Assembly: GCA_002403105.1 (NCBI GenBank) | Contig: DHHD01000106.1 | Coordinates: 18 to 64,017, forward strand | Direction of reading: 5' to 3' | DNA: 64,000 nucleotides | Origin: Anaerolineaceae bacterium UBA4781 | GTDB taxonomy: Bacteria > Chloroflexota > Anaerolineae > Anaerolineales > Anaerolineaceae | In this document: positions 17,614-27,975 of the stretch, piece by piece | Layout of the letters: the number at the start of each line of letters is the position of its first letter | How positions within the stretch are numbered: the first letter of the stretch is position 1 | The notes under the pieces: model-generated | The model's input: only the letters and a program-made list of their open reading frames with translations | Told to the model about the DNA's origin: nothing | Database searches by the model: none | Translations under genes and position numbers: made by a program

Positions 17614-20343
17614 TTATTTTAATTTCTCTTTTACAAACTCTCTAGCTTTTAGCAGAGCATCCTCTATCTTGGAAGCATCCTTTCCACCGGCTTGAGCCAT
17701 ATCCGGTCTGCCACCACCACGACCACCCGCTACTTCTGCTGCGACATTGACCACATCACCGGCTTTGACCCCTTTTTCAATCACGCTTGCAGTAACGATA
17801 GCGATCAAAGCTGGTTCGTTTTTTTCATTGATCGCTGAAAAAACAGCCACCCCATCTTTATATTCACTACGGAACCGGTCAGCCAGTTCTCGTAAGATGG
17901 CAGATTCAGCGTTTCCGATTGCTAAAGTTAGAATATGCACACCATTCACGACTTCAATATTCTTTTTCGCTTCATCATATTTTATGAATGCAGTTTTCTT
18001 TTGCAGATCACGGTTCTCTTTTTCGAGTTGCTTTTCATGCTCAAGAATGTTTTCTACTTTGCTTTCGATCTGATCAATATTCACCTGCAATTTACCGGCA
18101 GTATTTTCCAGTTGCTCAAAGCGTTTCTTGACGAGAATTTGCGCTTCCCTTCCTGTTACCGCTTCAATTCTACGAATTCCAGCAGCCACACTCCCTTCGC
18201 TGATTATGATGAAAGTTCCAATTTCTCCGGTTTCATCCACATGAGTTCCACCGCATAATTCATACGAAGTAACTTCATCATCTCCGATGACGATGGTCCG
18301 AACTCGTTCTCCATATTTTTCTCCAAATAATGCCATCGCGCCTTCTTTTATGGCTTGCTGGAGATCCTTTTCTGTTTTGTGCAAAGGCTTGTTATCCAGG
18401 ATCGCTTGATTCACAAAATCTTCTACCTTCTTAATTTCATCTTTGGTCAAAGCATCCGGATATGTAAAATCAAAACGTAACCGGTCTGGAGCGACCAGAG
18501 AACCTGCCTGCCGTACCTGTATGCCGAGGATTTTTCGTAATGCAGCTTGCAGTAGATGTGTCGCTGTATGATTGCGCATGATATCCTGCCGGCGTTTGGA
18601 ATCGATTGCAATGACCGCCAAATCACCAGTATGGGGATTTCCTTTGATCACTTTGCCAACATGCACGATCAATCCGGTAGTTGGTTTTCTTACATCTTCA
18701 ATGCGGATTTCCCATTTTCCATCTATTGCAGCGATCTTTCCTTGATCCGCTACCTGCCCACCGGATTGGATATAAAAATTTGTTTTTTCGATGATGACTT
18801 CAACGCTATCTCCTTCTACAACCGAATCCACCAATTTACCATCTTTGATGAATGCTGCGATCGGTTGATCGAAGTTGACAGCATTATAGGGATCATATTC
18901 AACCCCATCTTTTGGGAGCTTATTGGTACTGTTCAGTTTTTTAAGGAATTCGGCATATAAATCCGCATCTTCGCCGCCCAAAGGACCAAACTCTTTTCCG
19001 GCACCTGATTCCACACGATGCTGCTTCATAGCATTCAGATATGCTTGTTCATCCACGGAATATCCCTCTTCTCCAGCAATATCCCTTGTGATCTCAAAAG
19101 GCAGCCCATGGGTGGTATACAATTCAAAAGCTGCTTCCCCAGAGATTATTTTCGATTTCTTATTTTCTTCCATTAGCTGGCTCAAATAGGTTAAACCAGT
19201 ATCGAGTGTCTTCTTGAAACGCTGTTCCTCGCGTGTAAGATTATCCAAAATGGTAGCTTTATTCTTTACCAAATCAGGGTAGGCATCACCATAGATACAG
19301 ATCACTTCGAGTGCCACTTTTGCCAGGAAAGGTTCGTGCAGGTTCAATTTTGTCCCAAACCGGGCAGCTCTCCGAATGATCATGCGGCAAATGTAATTTC
19401 TTCCAATATTTCCTGGTACAACACCATCACTGATCAAAAATGAAGCTGCTCTGGCATGATCAGCAATAACACGATAGGGTGTCATGTTTTTCTCGCGTTC
19501 CTCTACGCTCTCTCCGGTTAGTTTCAAAACGACATCCATCAAAGGCAGTAATATGTCTGTTTTATAATTGGAATCTACATTTTGAAGTACGGAAACAATC
19601 CGCTCAAATCCCATGCCTGTATCTACGTGTTTCTTGGGTAATGGAGAAAGTTCTTTAGAATTGATGCGATTGTATTGAATGAAAACAAGATTCCATAATT
19701 CAAGGAAGCGTGCGCAATCTCCATTCACACTGCAAACATGATGAGGGTCATCCTTTTTATTACAGAATTGGGTTCCCCTATCAATATGAATTTCACTGCA
19801 AGGTCCACACGGTCCTACATCTGCCATTTCCCAAAAATTTTGTTTTCTCCCAAACTGCAGAATATGAGAAGATTCCAAACCGGGTTGCTTTTTCCATGCT
19901 TCTGCAGCTTCATCATCTGCAGGGATCTCCCCCAGTTCATCTTTGAAACAGGTAACCCATAATTTGCTTTTATCAATTTTCCATACTTCAGTCAGCAGTT
20001 CCCATGCCCAGGCGATCGCCTCATTTTTATAATAATCTCCGAAAGACCAGTTCCCCAGCATTTCAAAGAAAGTATGGTGAGAATCATCCCGCCCTACATC
20101 TTCCAGATCATTGTGTTTACCGGCTACACGCATGCATTTTTGTGAATTGACGGCTCTTGTATAAGCACGTTTGTCCAATCCTAAAAAAACATCCTTGAAT
20201 TGCACCATACCTGCATTTGTGAAAAGCAGGGTCTGATCTCCTCCCGGTACCAGCGAGGAAGAAGGTACAAAAGTATGTCCTTTCTTTTCAAAGAATTCAA
20301 TAAAGGTCTTGCGGATTGTATTGCCATCGGGTTTATTTTGCAT
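17614..20343 (-). CDS. alaS: Alanine--tRNA ligase
   Basis: 'FTNAGMVQFK', 'HHTFFEMLGNWSFGDY', editing-domain 'HTATHLL' and 'CGGTH'. Confidence 0.95.
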   Translation of the reverse strand: MQNKPDGNTIRKTFIEFFEKKGHTFVPSSSLVPGGDQTLLFTNAGMVQFKDVFLGLDKRAYTRAVNSQKCMRVAGKHNDLEDVGRDDSHHTFFEMLGNWSFGDYYKNEAIAWAWELLTEVWKIDKSKLWVTCFKDELGEIPADDEAAEAWKKQPGLESSHILQFGRKQNFWEMADVGPCGPCSEIHIDRGTQFCNKKDDPHHVCSVNGDCARFLELWNLVFIQYNRINSKELSPLPKKHVDTGMGFERIVSVLQNVDSNYKTDILLPLMDVVLKLTGESVEEREKNMTPYRVIADHARAASFLISDGVVPGNIGRNYICRMIIRRAARFGTKLNLHEPFLAKVALEVICIYGDAYPDLVKNKATILDNLTREEQRFKKTLDTGLTYLSQLMEENKKSKIISGEAAFELYTTHGLPFEITRDIAGEEGYSVDEQAYLNAMKQHRVESGAGKEFGPLGGEDADLYAEFLKKLNSTNKLPKDGVEYDPYNAVNFDQPIAAFIKDGKLVDSVVEGDSVEVIIEKTNFYIQSGGQVADQGKIAAIDGKWEIRIEDVRKPTTGLIVHVGKVIKGNPHTGDLAVIAIDSKRRQDIMRNHTATHLLQAALRKILGIQVRQAGSLVAPDRLRFDFTYPDALTKDEIKKVEDFVNQAILDNKPLHKTEKDLQQAIKEGAMALFGEKYGERVRTIVIGDDEVTSYELCGGTHVDETGEIGTFIIISEGSVAAGIRRIEAVTGREAQILVKKRFEQLENTAGKLQVNIDQIESKVENILEHEKQLEKENRDLQKKTAFIKYDEAKKNIEVVNGVHILTLAIGNAESAILRELADRFRSEYKDGVAVFSAINEKNEPALIAIVTASVIEKGVKAGDVVNVAAEVAGGRGGGRPDMAQAGGKDASKIEDALLKAREFVKEKLK

Positions 20344-20380
20344 ACGGGTTCCTTAAATACATCCAATCATAATTTTCTTG

Positions 20381-20409
20381 ATTATAAATGAGGAAAACTG
20401 ACATTTCAA
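20381..20409 (-). promoter_or_regulatory. Putative sigma-70 promoter for alaS
   Basis: Minus strand TTGAAA (20409..20404), 17-nt spacer, TATAAT (20386..20381). Confidence 0.5.
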
Positions 20410-20426
20410 TTCGAATACGTGGATTG

Positions 20427-22844
20427 CTATTTGGAAACAGAGAATTTGATCATTTTTCCATGGTCGTCCAGAGTAACCCGGGTATATTGTTTGAGCGTTT
20501 TATTATGGATCTGGAAACTTCTCTTGTATGTAAGAAATACACGTCCAGCTGTCTGATTCTGCATGGTAACTGCCCCTTTTGCGTCCCTTACCATGTTGAT
20601 CACTTTCATCTGTTTCTCACGAATACTCAAATCTGCACTTTCTATTCCGGGTAAGTATTCTTTTACAACTTCTTTTATATTCATAAGAATTTCAGATGAT
20701 ATTTTTGGAACTGCTACTGCATCCAGGTCCTGATCTCGAATAACTTGATAAGGATCCAGTACTTTTTCATCATCCTGAATTAAATGGTCTTCAGCTTGAG
20801 ATTCACTGTAATAGAGTGGATCACCATACAGCACAAATGACAGGAGTGTTTTTTGGTCTTCCCCATCTAAATAACCTTGCCTTCGCAGAATCGATTTAAC
20901 CAAATTCAATTTTGCCCTGATAAAAGCATCACCGACAGAATAGCTTCTCTCGATCAGATTCCAGAAAAGATACGCGAATTGGTCGGCTCCGATTAAGGGC
21001 GGGTAAACTGAACCATAAGCAATGCAGGTGGAACCGACAAACGCATGGCAGCCGGAGGTAAGAAATCGCAAACTGATGGCATCTTCGTTTATTTTTCCAA
21101 TAACATAGGCGCCGTAACATGCTTCCGAAAGTACGATGGTTGGATTCGTCGCCTGTGGGTCGATCAAACTGGGCTGTATGGCTACGGGGTAATCAGGAGT
21201 GGAATCGGTGTTCGAAATATCCTTTTGACCGTACCAGTTTGGTGAATCATCCAATCCATGTAGATTGAAATACGCATATTCAGCATCTTTTATATTGAGC
21301 ACGTCGAGATTATTGATATTATAAGGTGGAGAGACTCTAAGAAAATTAGCTTTCCCAATTGGTCGAAAAGCAGAAATGGATGATCTCTGCCAGATTGCTG
21401 TGGAATATCCATAATTATTATTTTTCTCAGTGATTTCCTGAAAAAGGTTTGCTACGGAATCCCATACTTTCAATGAATCGGAAACTTTTTCAACAAAAGT
21501 TTTCTTTTTATTAATTTTCTGATGCCATTGGATCGCGTCGCGCAATTGTTTTAACAACAAACTCGGATCATTACCCTTTTCATCTGGGAATCTTCCTACA
21601 GCCCATTCCGGAACAAAATAATTGCTGTCATCGCTCGCATATGGATTGTCGGATAAGACTTCACTATCAGAGTCATCGGTTGGGTTTGGTAAATGATGGA
21701 ATGGAACAATATCATCTCCACCGATGATCAACACTGCTCCAATTTTTTTGTCATGCTCATGCAAATAAGTCGAAAGATCATGCAGTGCTAATTTTACTTG
21801 CCATGGATCATTACTTTCAATTGCAGTAAGTCCGTATTGCAGCATCGTATTCTTGTCATCTGGTAAAAAGCTAAATGCGCTCCAATTTTTTTGCAGGTCA
21901 ATGGCAGCCGCGAGTTCCTGCATGCGCGCAAGAATCACTGTAAAAGTGTTTGCCCCATATTTTTTCTCGATCCCGCACCGTGTTGTAAGAATGACATAGA
22001 CGGGTTTTGCAAAAATACCTTTCGGCTGTGGTTCCAGGGGTTCTTCAACTCTGCGGGGTGTGGTTTTCTTTTGTTTTGCTTCTTGAGGTTCTTTCAAAAT
22101 CAGAGCAGAAATGACACTGTTTTCTTCCTTTTCGATTAAAAAACCGTTGCAATCTGGCCAAAGATGAGCATATTCGTGATTCGCTCCCCAGATTGCAGTT
22201 GCAACCAAACCAAGATGATCATTGTAGACTGCTTCGCGGATGATGTTGATCGCTTCAACATCCGAACCAAATTTAAACAAAGCATCAGCATAGATCAACA
22301 TAAAGTAAACACACTGTTTCCACTTTCCATGATATAGCTTGGCAAACTGTAGCGTGGAATAATCATCTTTCGCTTCAAGGATGATTCGCAAATGGTAGAT
22401 CGCAAATAAGACATTCTCAGGAAATTCTTGAAGAAGATCCAGAACTATTTTTTCTACATTTCCTGATTCTCCTTTTGATATAGCAAGCTTCACCTGGTTC
22501 AGACGATTTGCCCATTCGTGTTGGCTGGCCTGGGATGCTTTCCCTTGAAAAAAGGATAGAAATTCATAATAAAATTCGCGTTCTTCTTCATCTTTACTGT
22601 TTTTGTAAAGAGCTTCATAAGCACTTTCATATTCCGGATTAACTGCGATGATATTTTTTAACTTTTCTTTCCCCGCTTCTAATTCTCCCTGTTCAATGAG
22701 CGAACGTCCATACAGACAACTGATCTCAAGGTCACCAGGAAAGGTAGTATTCCAATCTTTCAGGCATTCTATGAACACGCTTCGTTCTTCTGTGGTGGAA
22801 GCTGTCAATTCCCATTGAAGAAGGTCTTTCCTGGTAATCCTCAT
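20427..22844 (-). CDS. Helical-repeat (TPR-like) protein with C25/clan-CD cysteine-peptidase-like domain, no signal peptide
   Basis: 'VLIIGGDDIVP ... SDNPYASDD ... VGRFP' followed by 'YFNLHG' (His529-Gly) and 'LSEACYG' (Cys576), in the order and spacing of gingipain-type C25 peptidases. Motif-level call only. Confidence 0.6.
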   Translation of the reverse strand: MRITRKDLLQWELTASTTEERSVFIECLKDWNTTFPGDLEISCLYGRSLIEQGELEAGKEKLKNIIAVNPEYESAYEALYKNSKDEEEREFYYEFLSFFQGKASQASQHEWANRLNQVKLAISKGESGNVEKIVLDLLQEFPENVLFAIYHLRIILEAKDDYSTLQFAKLYHGKWKQCVYFMLIYADALFKFGSDVEAINIIREAVYNDHLGLVATAIWGANHEYAHLWPDCNGFLIEKEENSVISALILKEPQEAKQKKTTPRRVEEPLEPQPKGIFAKPVYVILTTRCGIEKKYGANTFTVILARMQELAAAIDLQKNWSAFSFLPDDKNTMLQYGLTAIESNDPWQVKLALHDLSTYLHEHDKKIGAVLIIGGDDIVPFHHLPNPTDDSDSEVLSDNPYASDDSNYFVPEWAVGRFPDEKGNDPSLLLKQLRDAIQWHQKINKKKTFVEKVSDSLKVWDSVANLFQEITEKNNNYGYSTAIWQRSSISAFRPIGKANFLRVSPPYNINNLDVLNIKDAEYAYFNLHGLDDSPNWYGQKDISNTDSTPDYPVAIQPSLIDPQATNPTIVLSEACYGAYVIGKINEDAISLRFLTSGCHAFVGSTCIAYGSVYPPLIGADQFAYLFWNLIERSYSVGDAFIRAKLNLVKSILRRQGYLDGEDQKTLLSFVLYGDPLYYSESQAEDHLIQDDEKVLDPYQVIRDQDLDAVAVPKISSEILMNIKEVVKEYLPGIESADLSIREKQMKVINMVRDAKGAVTMQNQTAGRVFLTYKRSFQIHNKTLKQYTRVTLDDHGKMIKFSVSK

Positions 22845-22859
22845 GAATCAAATTGGTCC

Positions 22860-25800
22860 TTATCTCTTCTCAAAAATACGATTTGCCAGAATAATACCCA
22901 GCTTTTCACGTAAATCATCATCCGTTGGATTCAAGGCCGCTGCTTTCCGTAGATAGGTTTCAGCTTTTTCTGAATCACCTAGTTGATTATATACTTTGGA
23001 TGCCTTTTCATATATTAAATAATGTTCTTTGCAGTTATCGATGGCAGCTTTAATAATAGCTTCTGCCCGGTGTCCCTCACGCCGGTTGATAAGTGTTTCT
23101 GTTAATTCCAAATATGCTTCCATTTCATGTGAGTTCTGTTTAATGGCTTTATCCAAGTGGAATACTGCATTATCCAAATTCCCTTTTTTTATCGATAAAA
23201 TACCGATCATTTTATGGATTTCTGACTGATCATCATCCATCTGAATTGATTTTTCATAAACCTGGAGTGGGTCATCCTGATTACCGGCTTCATAAAGCAG
23301 CCGAGCATAGCGATTGAGTAACTCTTTATCTGGATTTTCTGATTTTTCTAAATATCCTTCAAGAAAATCAATCGCACGTTTCTTCCCACGAACTTTTTCC
23401 AGATAGGCAGCTTTTTCAAGAATCAATTGGTCATTTACGATATTTGAATCCAGCGCTTTTTCGATGATTTCCAACCCGAACTCGTCATTCTCTTGCAAAG
23501 ATTTAATTTTTGCCAATTCGATGATGACTTCTGGTGATTTTGGATCGATCCGATAGGCATCACGAATTAACTCCATCGCTTTTGGAATGCTTCCTAACTG
23601 CTCGGCAATACGCGCTTGAATTAAGAGCAGCTCAAGATCATCCTTGAAAGATGATTTCAACATATTGATAGTACCCAATGCTTTCCTGAATTCCCCATTT
23701 TGATAATATGCATTGACTAATTTTCGAAGGATTCCATGATTACTCTCGAATAGTTCTTGGTTTTTTTCAAAGATCTCAATGACTTTTTTGTAATCTTTGA
23801 TCGAATATAGATTTTCCAAATATTCTTTTTTATTTTCTTGATTTTTTGGATCTAAAGTGACAGCCTGTTCGGAATGGGAAACCGCCTTCTGTAATTCACC
23901 TTTTTCCTCATATAAGCTTGCCAACTGGGCACACCAGGTTGATTCGTCTTTTAGAAATCCTATGGCTGTTTCGAGCGCATTAATAGCCAGATCAGTTTCT
24001 TTCTCGTATATGAATATTTTTGCAAGTCCAGCCGAGAGATATGGATTTTTCTTATTTTGAAAAAGCGCAGCATTGAACGCCGAAATGAGATCGCGATATT
24101 GTTCTTCGGGGTACAAAGCCAACGCAATGAGAGGAAGGTCATATTCTTTTTGATTGGCTTCGATGATCTTGAGAATGCTGTCATAATCTTTCATCTGGTT
24201 GCTTTGCAGTATTGCACAAACCACAGAAATAAATTCAATTTTTGTTTGCTGTATATCTTTATTTGAATAACCAGCATTCAGCAAAAATTCATGAATACCT
24301 GCATATTGGTTCTGTATATCCGTAGAGAGAAGACTTATTTGTTCAGATAGATTCAAGAATTCTGGATTTTGAAGAATAGCGGGCAGATTTCGGTTGACTC
24401 CAATGTTCTTGAAACTCCATTCTTTCAAAGCAAGTTTTAGTATCTGACTGAGGGCATTTGCTTTTAGTGCTGAAAAATATGCTGGGAAATCAAAACATTG
24501 CAGATATGTTTGAACCGCTTTTTCCCAATCCCCCATTTCAAAAGCACAATCCGCTTCCCATTTTGGGAAATTGATGAGGGAAGCCAGAATGTTTTTATCC
24601 AGGTCACTTGCGCTATTCTTAGGTTCGGATTGCTTTTCGGCCGCTTGTTCATAGATGGTTTGGGCATCAACGAAATTATTATTTTTTCGTAATAAACGAG
24701 CTTTCGCGAAAAGGATGCGCTGGTCTTCCAGCATTTCTGCTGAGAGCGTATTGATCTTTGCAGCAGCCGCAACTTCATTCCCATTTTCCAGAAGGATATT
24801 CAGGATAAAGCCAGTCAATACCCGCACTTTTTGCACATCTTGTAAGGTGTTCAAGTTCTCAAGCAATCGTACCCAATCTATCGCTCCTTGATCACCATTT
24901 TTTAACCAGGCATAAATTGCTAAATAAACACTTGTTACAACATCTTCGGTTGGAAAATCGGACAGAGAATTCATGAATCGATAATCCAATTCATCATTCT
25001 TCGCCTCCAACATTGTTGAAAGCGCCAATTTAATCCAAATATCATTCGAAGAAAATGCCTCGGTCCATTCGGAAGGGAAAATGCTGTGTACATGTTTCGG
25101 TAAATTGAAAAGTTGCTTTTCAATCGTTTGTCTGTTTTCCAATGTTTGGATAAGTTTTTGAGGTTCAGAATTTTTGCCATCAGCCAAAGCCATGATTGCT
25201 TCGCGAACAATATTCCAAACCTCAGTTTGTTGGAGAGGATCCAGACAGGAAACTGCATTCGCATAATCGCCTTGATTCCAATAGACGCAGGCTTTTAGAA
25301 TACATGTTTCCGGATCATTCTGATTTGATTTTTGAAGTTTTTGAATGATCTTGATGCTCAAATCGTGAAGATGAGATTCCTGAGCAACCTTTAGTGCAGT
25401 TTGCAGATCTTTTGCAGTAGTTTTTTCCAAAGCGATCAGGTCATTGATGATCAATTTTGTATCGTTTTGTGAACCATATTGGTTTTCAAAACGCATTCTT
25501 TCTACAAGAAAATCCGGTGAGGATTGATGGTTCTTGGCTTCATCTGAAAAATAAGAACGCACTTCTTCCGGTTTTCCTAATTTCAGCATTTGGTTGCCAT
25601 ACCAGGCTGTAATCCTTCTATCTTTTGTACAGATCAAACGAGCTTTTTTTGCAATCGCCACCGCTTCTTCACCAAGATTTTTTTCACTATACGCATCTAC
25701 CAATAAGCCATAGATGGAAAGGTTTTCGGGTTGTGCTTGAGATGCTTCATTCAACAAAGTAATCGCTGTTTCTGTCTGTCTGATCTTCAGCATGGTGCAT

Positions 25801-27965
25801 GCCAAGCCCACCTGAGCTCGCCATAGATCCTGCCGATTTTTACTCAAAGAATTTTCCAGGATCAATTCTTTGAATGCTGTAGTCGCTTTGTTCGTATCAT
25901 CCAGGAGAAACTGCACTTCTGCTTCGATTAATCCTCTCCAATAATTTTCTGCAGGTAACTTTTGGATATTATGCAAAATGGAATTAAGTTCAGAAATTTC
26001 CAGTCGTTGAGTACCAAGAGGAAAAATAGTTTTGTTGCTTTTCAAGGTAGATATGGATTCCAATACAATAAAATCCGCGTTCTCCCCTTTTTCCTCTTTT
26101 ATTAATTTTAAAGTTTCATTCGCTTGATCGTTTTCACCATTTTCCATCAGAACATCGGCGGTTATCATTCCGAGGTCTGGATTCAGTGGGAAAGAGTGAA
26201 TCGCTTTTAACGCAAGCTCATAAGCATGTTCAGTGAGTCGTTTTTGATTCAGATAGTCCACGATAGCTGCAACTGCTTCCGGATTACCATTTTCCACATC
26301 GATCTTCTCGATCAACGACAATCCACGATCTTCATCACCACAATCCAGCATTGCTAGAATTAACTGTTCATAAAAACCTTTCCGCTCCTGAAATATTTCG
26401 AGTGTTTGGTTAAGCACCTGTTCGGCATTTTCTTTTTTCTTTGTCTTGCAAAGACAATAATATAAATTGATCCAAGTTTTATAATCCGTACTTCCGGCAG
26501 AGATGGATTGTTCAAAATGATTTTGGGCTTTTTCCCACTCTTCCACATCCATATAGAGATCACCAATCTCAAATAAAGACTGTGCGTTTTCACTGAATAG
26601 ACCGGAGGGTAGACCTTCCAGCCGCTGCTTAACAGCGATTGTCTCATCTTTTTCCAGCAGTGCTTTGGATTCCACATAAAACTGGGTGAAATCTAAACTT
26701 ACTGCCTGTTTCTTGTCGACCTTATTGATTTGTTGAAGTGCAGCTTTCCATTGGTGGTTTTCGATTAGGTAATCAAATAGTTCTTTATCCAGATCTTGAT
26801 TTTTATCATCTAGAATTCTGGCAATTTTCAAATAATGGATTGAGCGGAGATGATCGCCGAGTGAATGATACAGTTCAGCGATCTGCAGTAGAAATTGACT
26901 GTCTTTTGGATTTTTGGATATTTTTTCTTCAATGCTATGTAGATATTCTTCAATGTCCTGGTAGGTCGTCTTCTTCAAAACAAGGGATTGGTTAAGATCA
27001 GGAATTCTTTTCCAATCATATTGTTGGAGTGATGCTTGAGTATGATCTGCCTGTACTTTCTGAGACTCTCTATGTGACAAGATATTCTGCTGTTTTTTTT
27101 GGACACCCTGCTTTAAGGCATCCAGTTTTTGCATCAGTTTCTCAATTTCAAAAATGGATTCTGTTTCATTCCCTTCCAGAAAATGAATGTCAGCTAAATA
27201 ATTTAATTTTTGAAGATCCGAAAGTTCTTGCTGTAAAGTACTTTGAGATTCCGATGAAATCACCTTGCTTGTTTTCTCTATCTCGCCTTGCGTCAACAAA
27301 CGAGTTAATGGGATCCGACCTTCTTTCGCAATGAACTGCAGAATTTCTATTTTTTCTTCACTATTTAAGTCGATCAGGAGATTTTTCAGGTCTTCTTCCT
27401 GAGCCGTGAGAGACACAGGATTGCAGAAAAGACCATATATGAACATTTTCTTGATTTCAAGATTTTTTGAAGCCGCTATTTCTTTGGTAATGAATTCGCT
27501 TGAATTAACAAGTCCAAGCAAACAAGCCGCCACGAGTCCTGCATTATGATTGAATTGAAAATCATGCAAGAATTCTTTTTCAAATTCGGTCCATTTTTTG
27601 GATCCCAGCATAGTAAAGAATCCTTGTGAAATTTCTGCAGCCTGAACTAGATCGATCGCATTCTCTTCTTTCAGAGCAGAATCGGGTACTTGAGAAAAAA
27701 CCTGTTCCTCATTTAACTTTTGATCTTTGATTATCTCTGAAAGATCATATTTCCAATTCTTTTCATCTTTTAAAATAAATGCAAAATAGACCGGCTTCCA
27801 ATTTTCTAAAGTTTTTAACCGGTCTATCTCTTTTTTTTCGCTCAGTTCGAGCTGAGAAAGTGCTTCAAGGACTCTTTTATCTTGCAGGAGGCAAGTAACG
27901 AGAACCTGTTTTTCTTCCTCTTGGAAATTATTCTCGATGAGCTCGAGGAATTCCGCAGGTATCAT
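22860..27965 (-). CDS. 1701-aa TPR-repeat protein
   Basis: Uninterrupted 5.1-kb ORF. Recurrent 34-residue TPR-like patterns (A/Y/L at repeat positions) through most of its length; no signal peptide and no P-loop seen. Confidence 0.8.
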   Translation of the reverse strand: MIPAEFLELIENNFQEEEKQVLVTCLLQDKRVLEALSQLELSEKKEIDRLKTLENWKPVYFAFILKDEKNWKYDLSEIIKDQKLNEEQVFSQVPDSALKEENAIDLVQAAEISQGFFTMLGSKKWTEFEKEFLHDFQFNHNAGLVAACLLGLVNSSEFITKEIAASKNLEIKKMFIYGLFCNPVSLTAQEEDLKNLLIDLNSEEKIEILQFIAKEGRIPLTRLLTQGEIEKTSKVISSESQSTLQQELSDLQKLNYLADIHFLEGNETESIFEIEKLMQKLDALKQGVQKKQQNILSHRESQKVQADHTQASLQQYDWKRIPDLNQSLVLKKTTYQDIEEYLHSIEEKISKNPKDSQFLLQIAELYHSLGDHLRSIHYLKIARILDDKNQDLDKELFDYLIENHQWKAALQQINKVDKKQAVSLDFTQFYVESKALLEKDETIAVKQRLEGLPSGLFSENAQSLFEIGDLYMDVEEWEKAQNHFEQSISAGSTDYKTWINLYYCLCKTKKKENAEQVLNQTLEIFQERKGFYEQLILAMLDCGDEDRGLSLIEKIDVENGNPEAVAAIVDYLNQKRLTEHAYELALKAIHSFPLNPDLGMITADVLMENGENDQANETLKLIKEEKGENADFIVLESISTLKSNKTIFPLGTQRLEISELNSILHNIQKLPAENYWRGLIEAEVQFLLDDTNKATTAFKELILENSLSKNRQDLWRAQVGLACTMLKIRQTETAITLLNEASQAQPENLSIYGLLVDAYSEKNLGEEAVAIAKKARLICTKDRRITAWYGNQMLKLGKPEEVRSYFSDEAKNHQSSPDFLVERMRFENQYGSQNDTKLIINDLIALEKTTAKDLQTALKVAQESHLHDLSIKIIQKLQKSNQNDPETCILKACVYWNQGDYANAVSCLDPLQQTEVWNIVREAIMALADGKNSEPQKLIQTLENRQTIEKQLFNLPKHVHSIFPSEWTEAFSSNDIWIKLALSTMLEAKNDELDYRFMNSLSDFPTEDVVTSVYLAIYAWLKNGDQGAIDWVRLLENLNTLQDVQKVRVLTGFILNILLENGNEVAAAAKINTLSAEMLEDQRILFAKARLLRKNNNFVDAQTIYEQAAEKQSEPKNSASDLDKNILASLINFPKWEADCAFEMGDWEKAVQTYLQCFDFPAYFSALKANALSQILKLALKEWSFKNIGVNRNLPAILQNPEFLNLSEQISLLSTDIQNQYAGIHEFLLNAGYSNKDIQQTKIEFISVVCAILQSNQMKDYDSILKIIEANQKEYDLPLIALALYPEEQYRDLISAFNAALFQNKKNPYLSAGLAKIFIYEKETDLAINALETAIGFLKDESTWCAQLASLYEEKGELQKAVSHSEQAVTLDPKNQENKKEYLENLYSIKDYKKVIEIFEKNQELFESNHGILRKLVNAYYQNGEFRKALGTINMLKSSFKDDLELLLIQARIAEQLGSIPKAMELIRDAYRIDPKSPEVIIELAKIKSLQENDEFGLEIIEKALDSNIVNDQLILEKAAYLEKVRGKKRAIDFLEGYLEKSENPDKELLNRYARLLYEAGNQDDPLQVYEKSIQMDDDQSEIHKMIGILSIKKGNLDNAVFHLDKAIKQNSHEMEAYLELTETLINRREGHRAEAIIKAAIDNCKEHYLIYEKASKVYNQLGDSEKAETYLRKAAALNPTDDDLREKLGIILANRIFEKR

Positions 27966-27975
27966 ATGGCCCTTT

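Noticed and set aside
22860-27965. STAND/NLR-type (Avs-like) defence NTPase interpretation of the giant TPR protein
   Set aside because: I found no Walker A/B motif or NACHT/NB-ARC signature anywhere in the 1701 residues. Only TPR-like repeats and a featureless N-terminal region are present.
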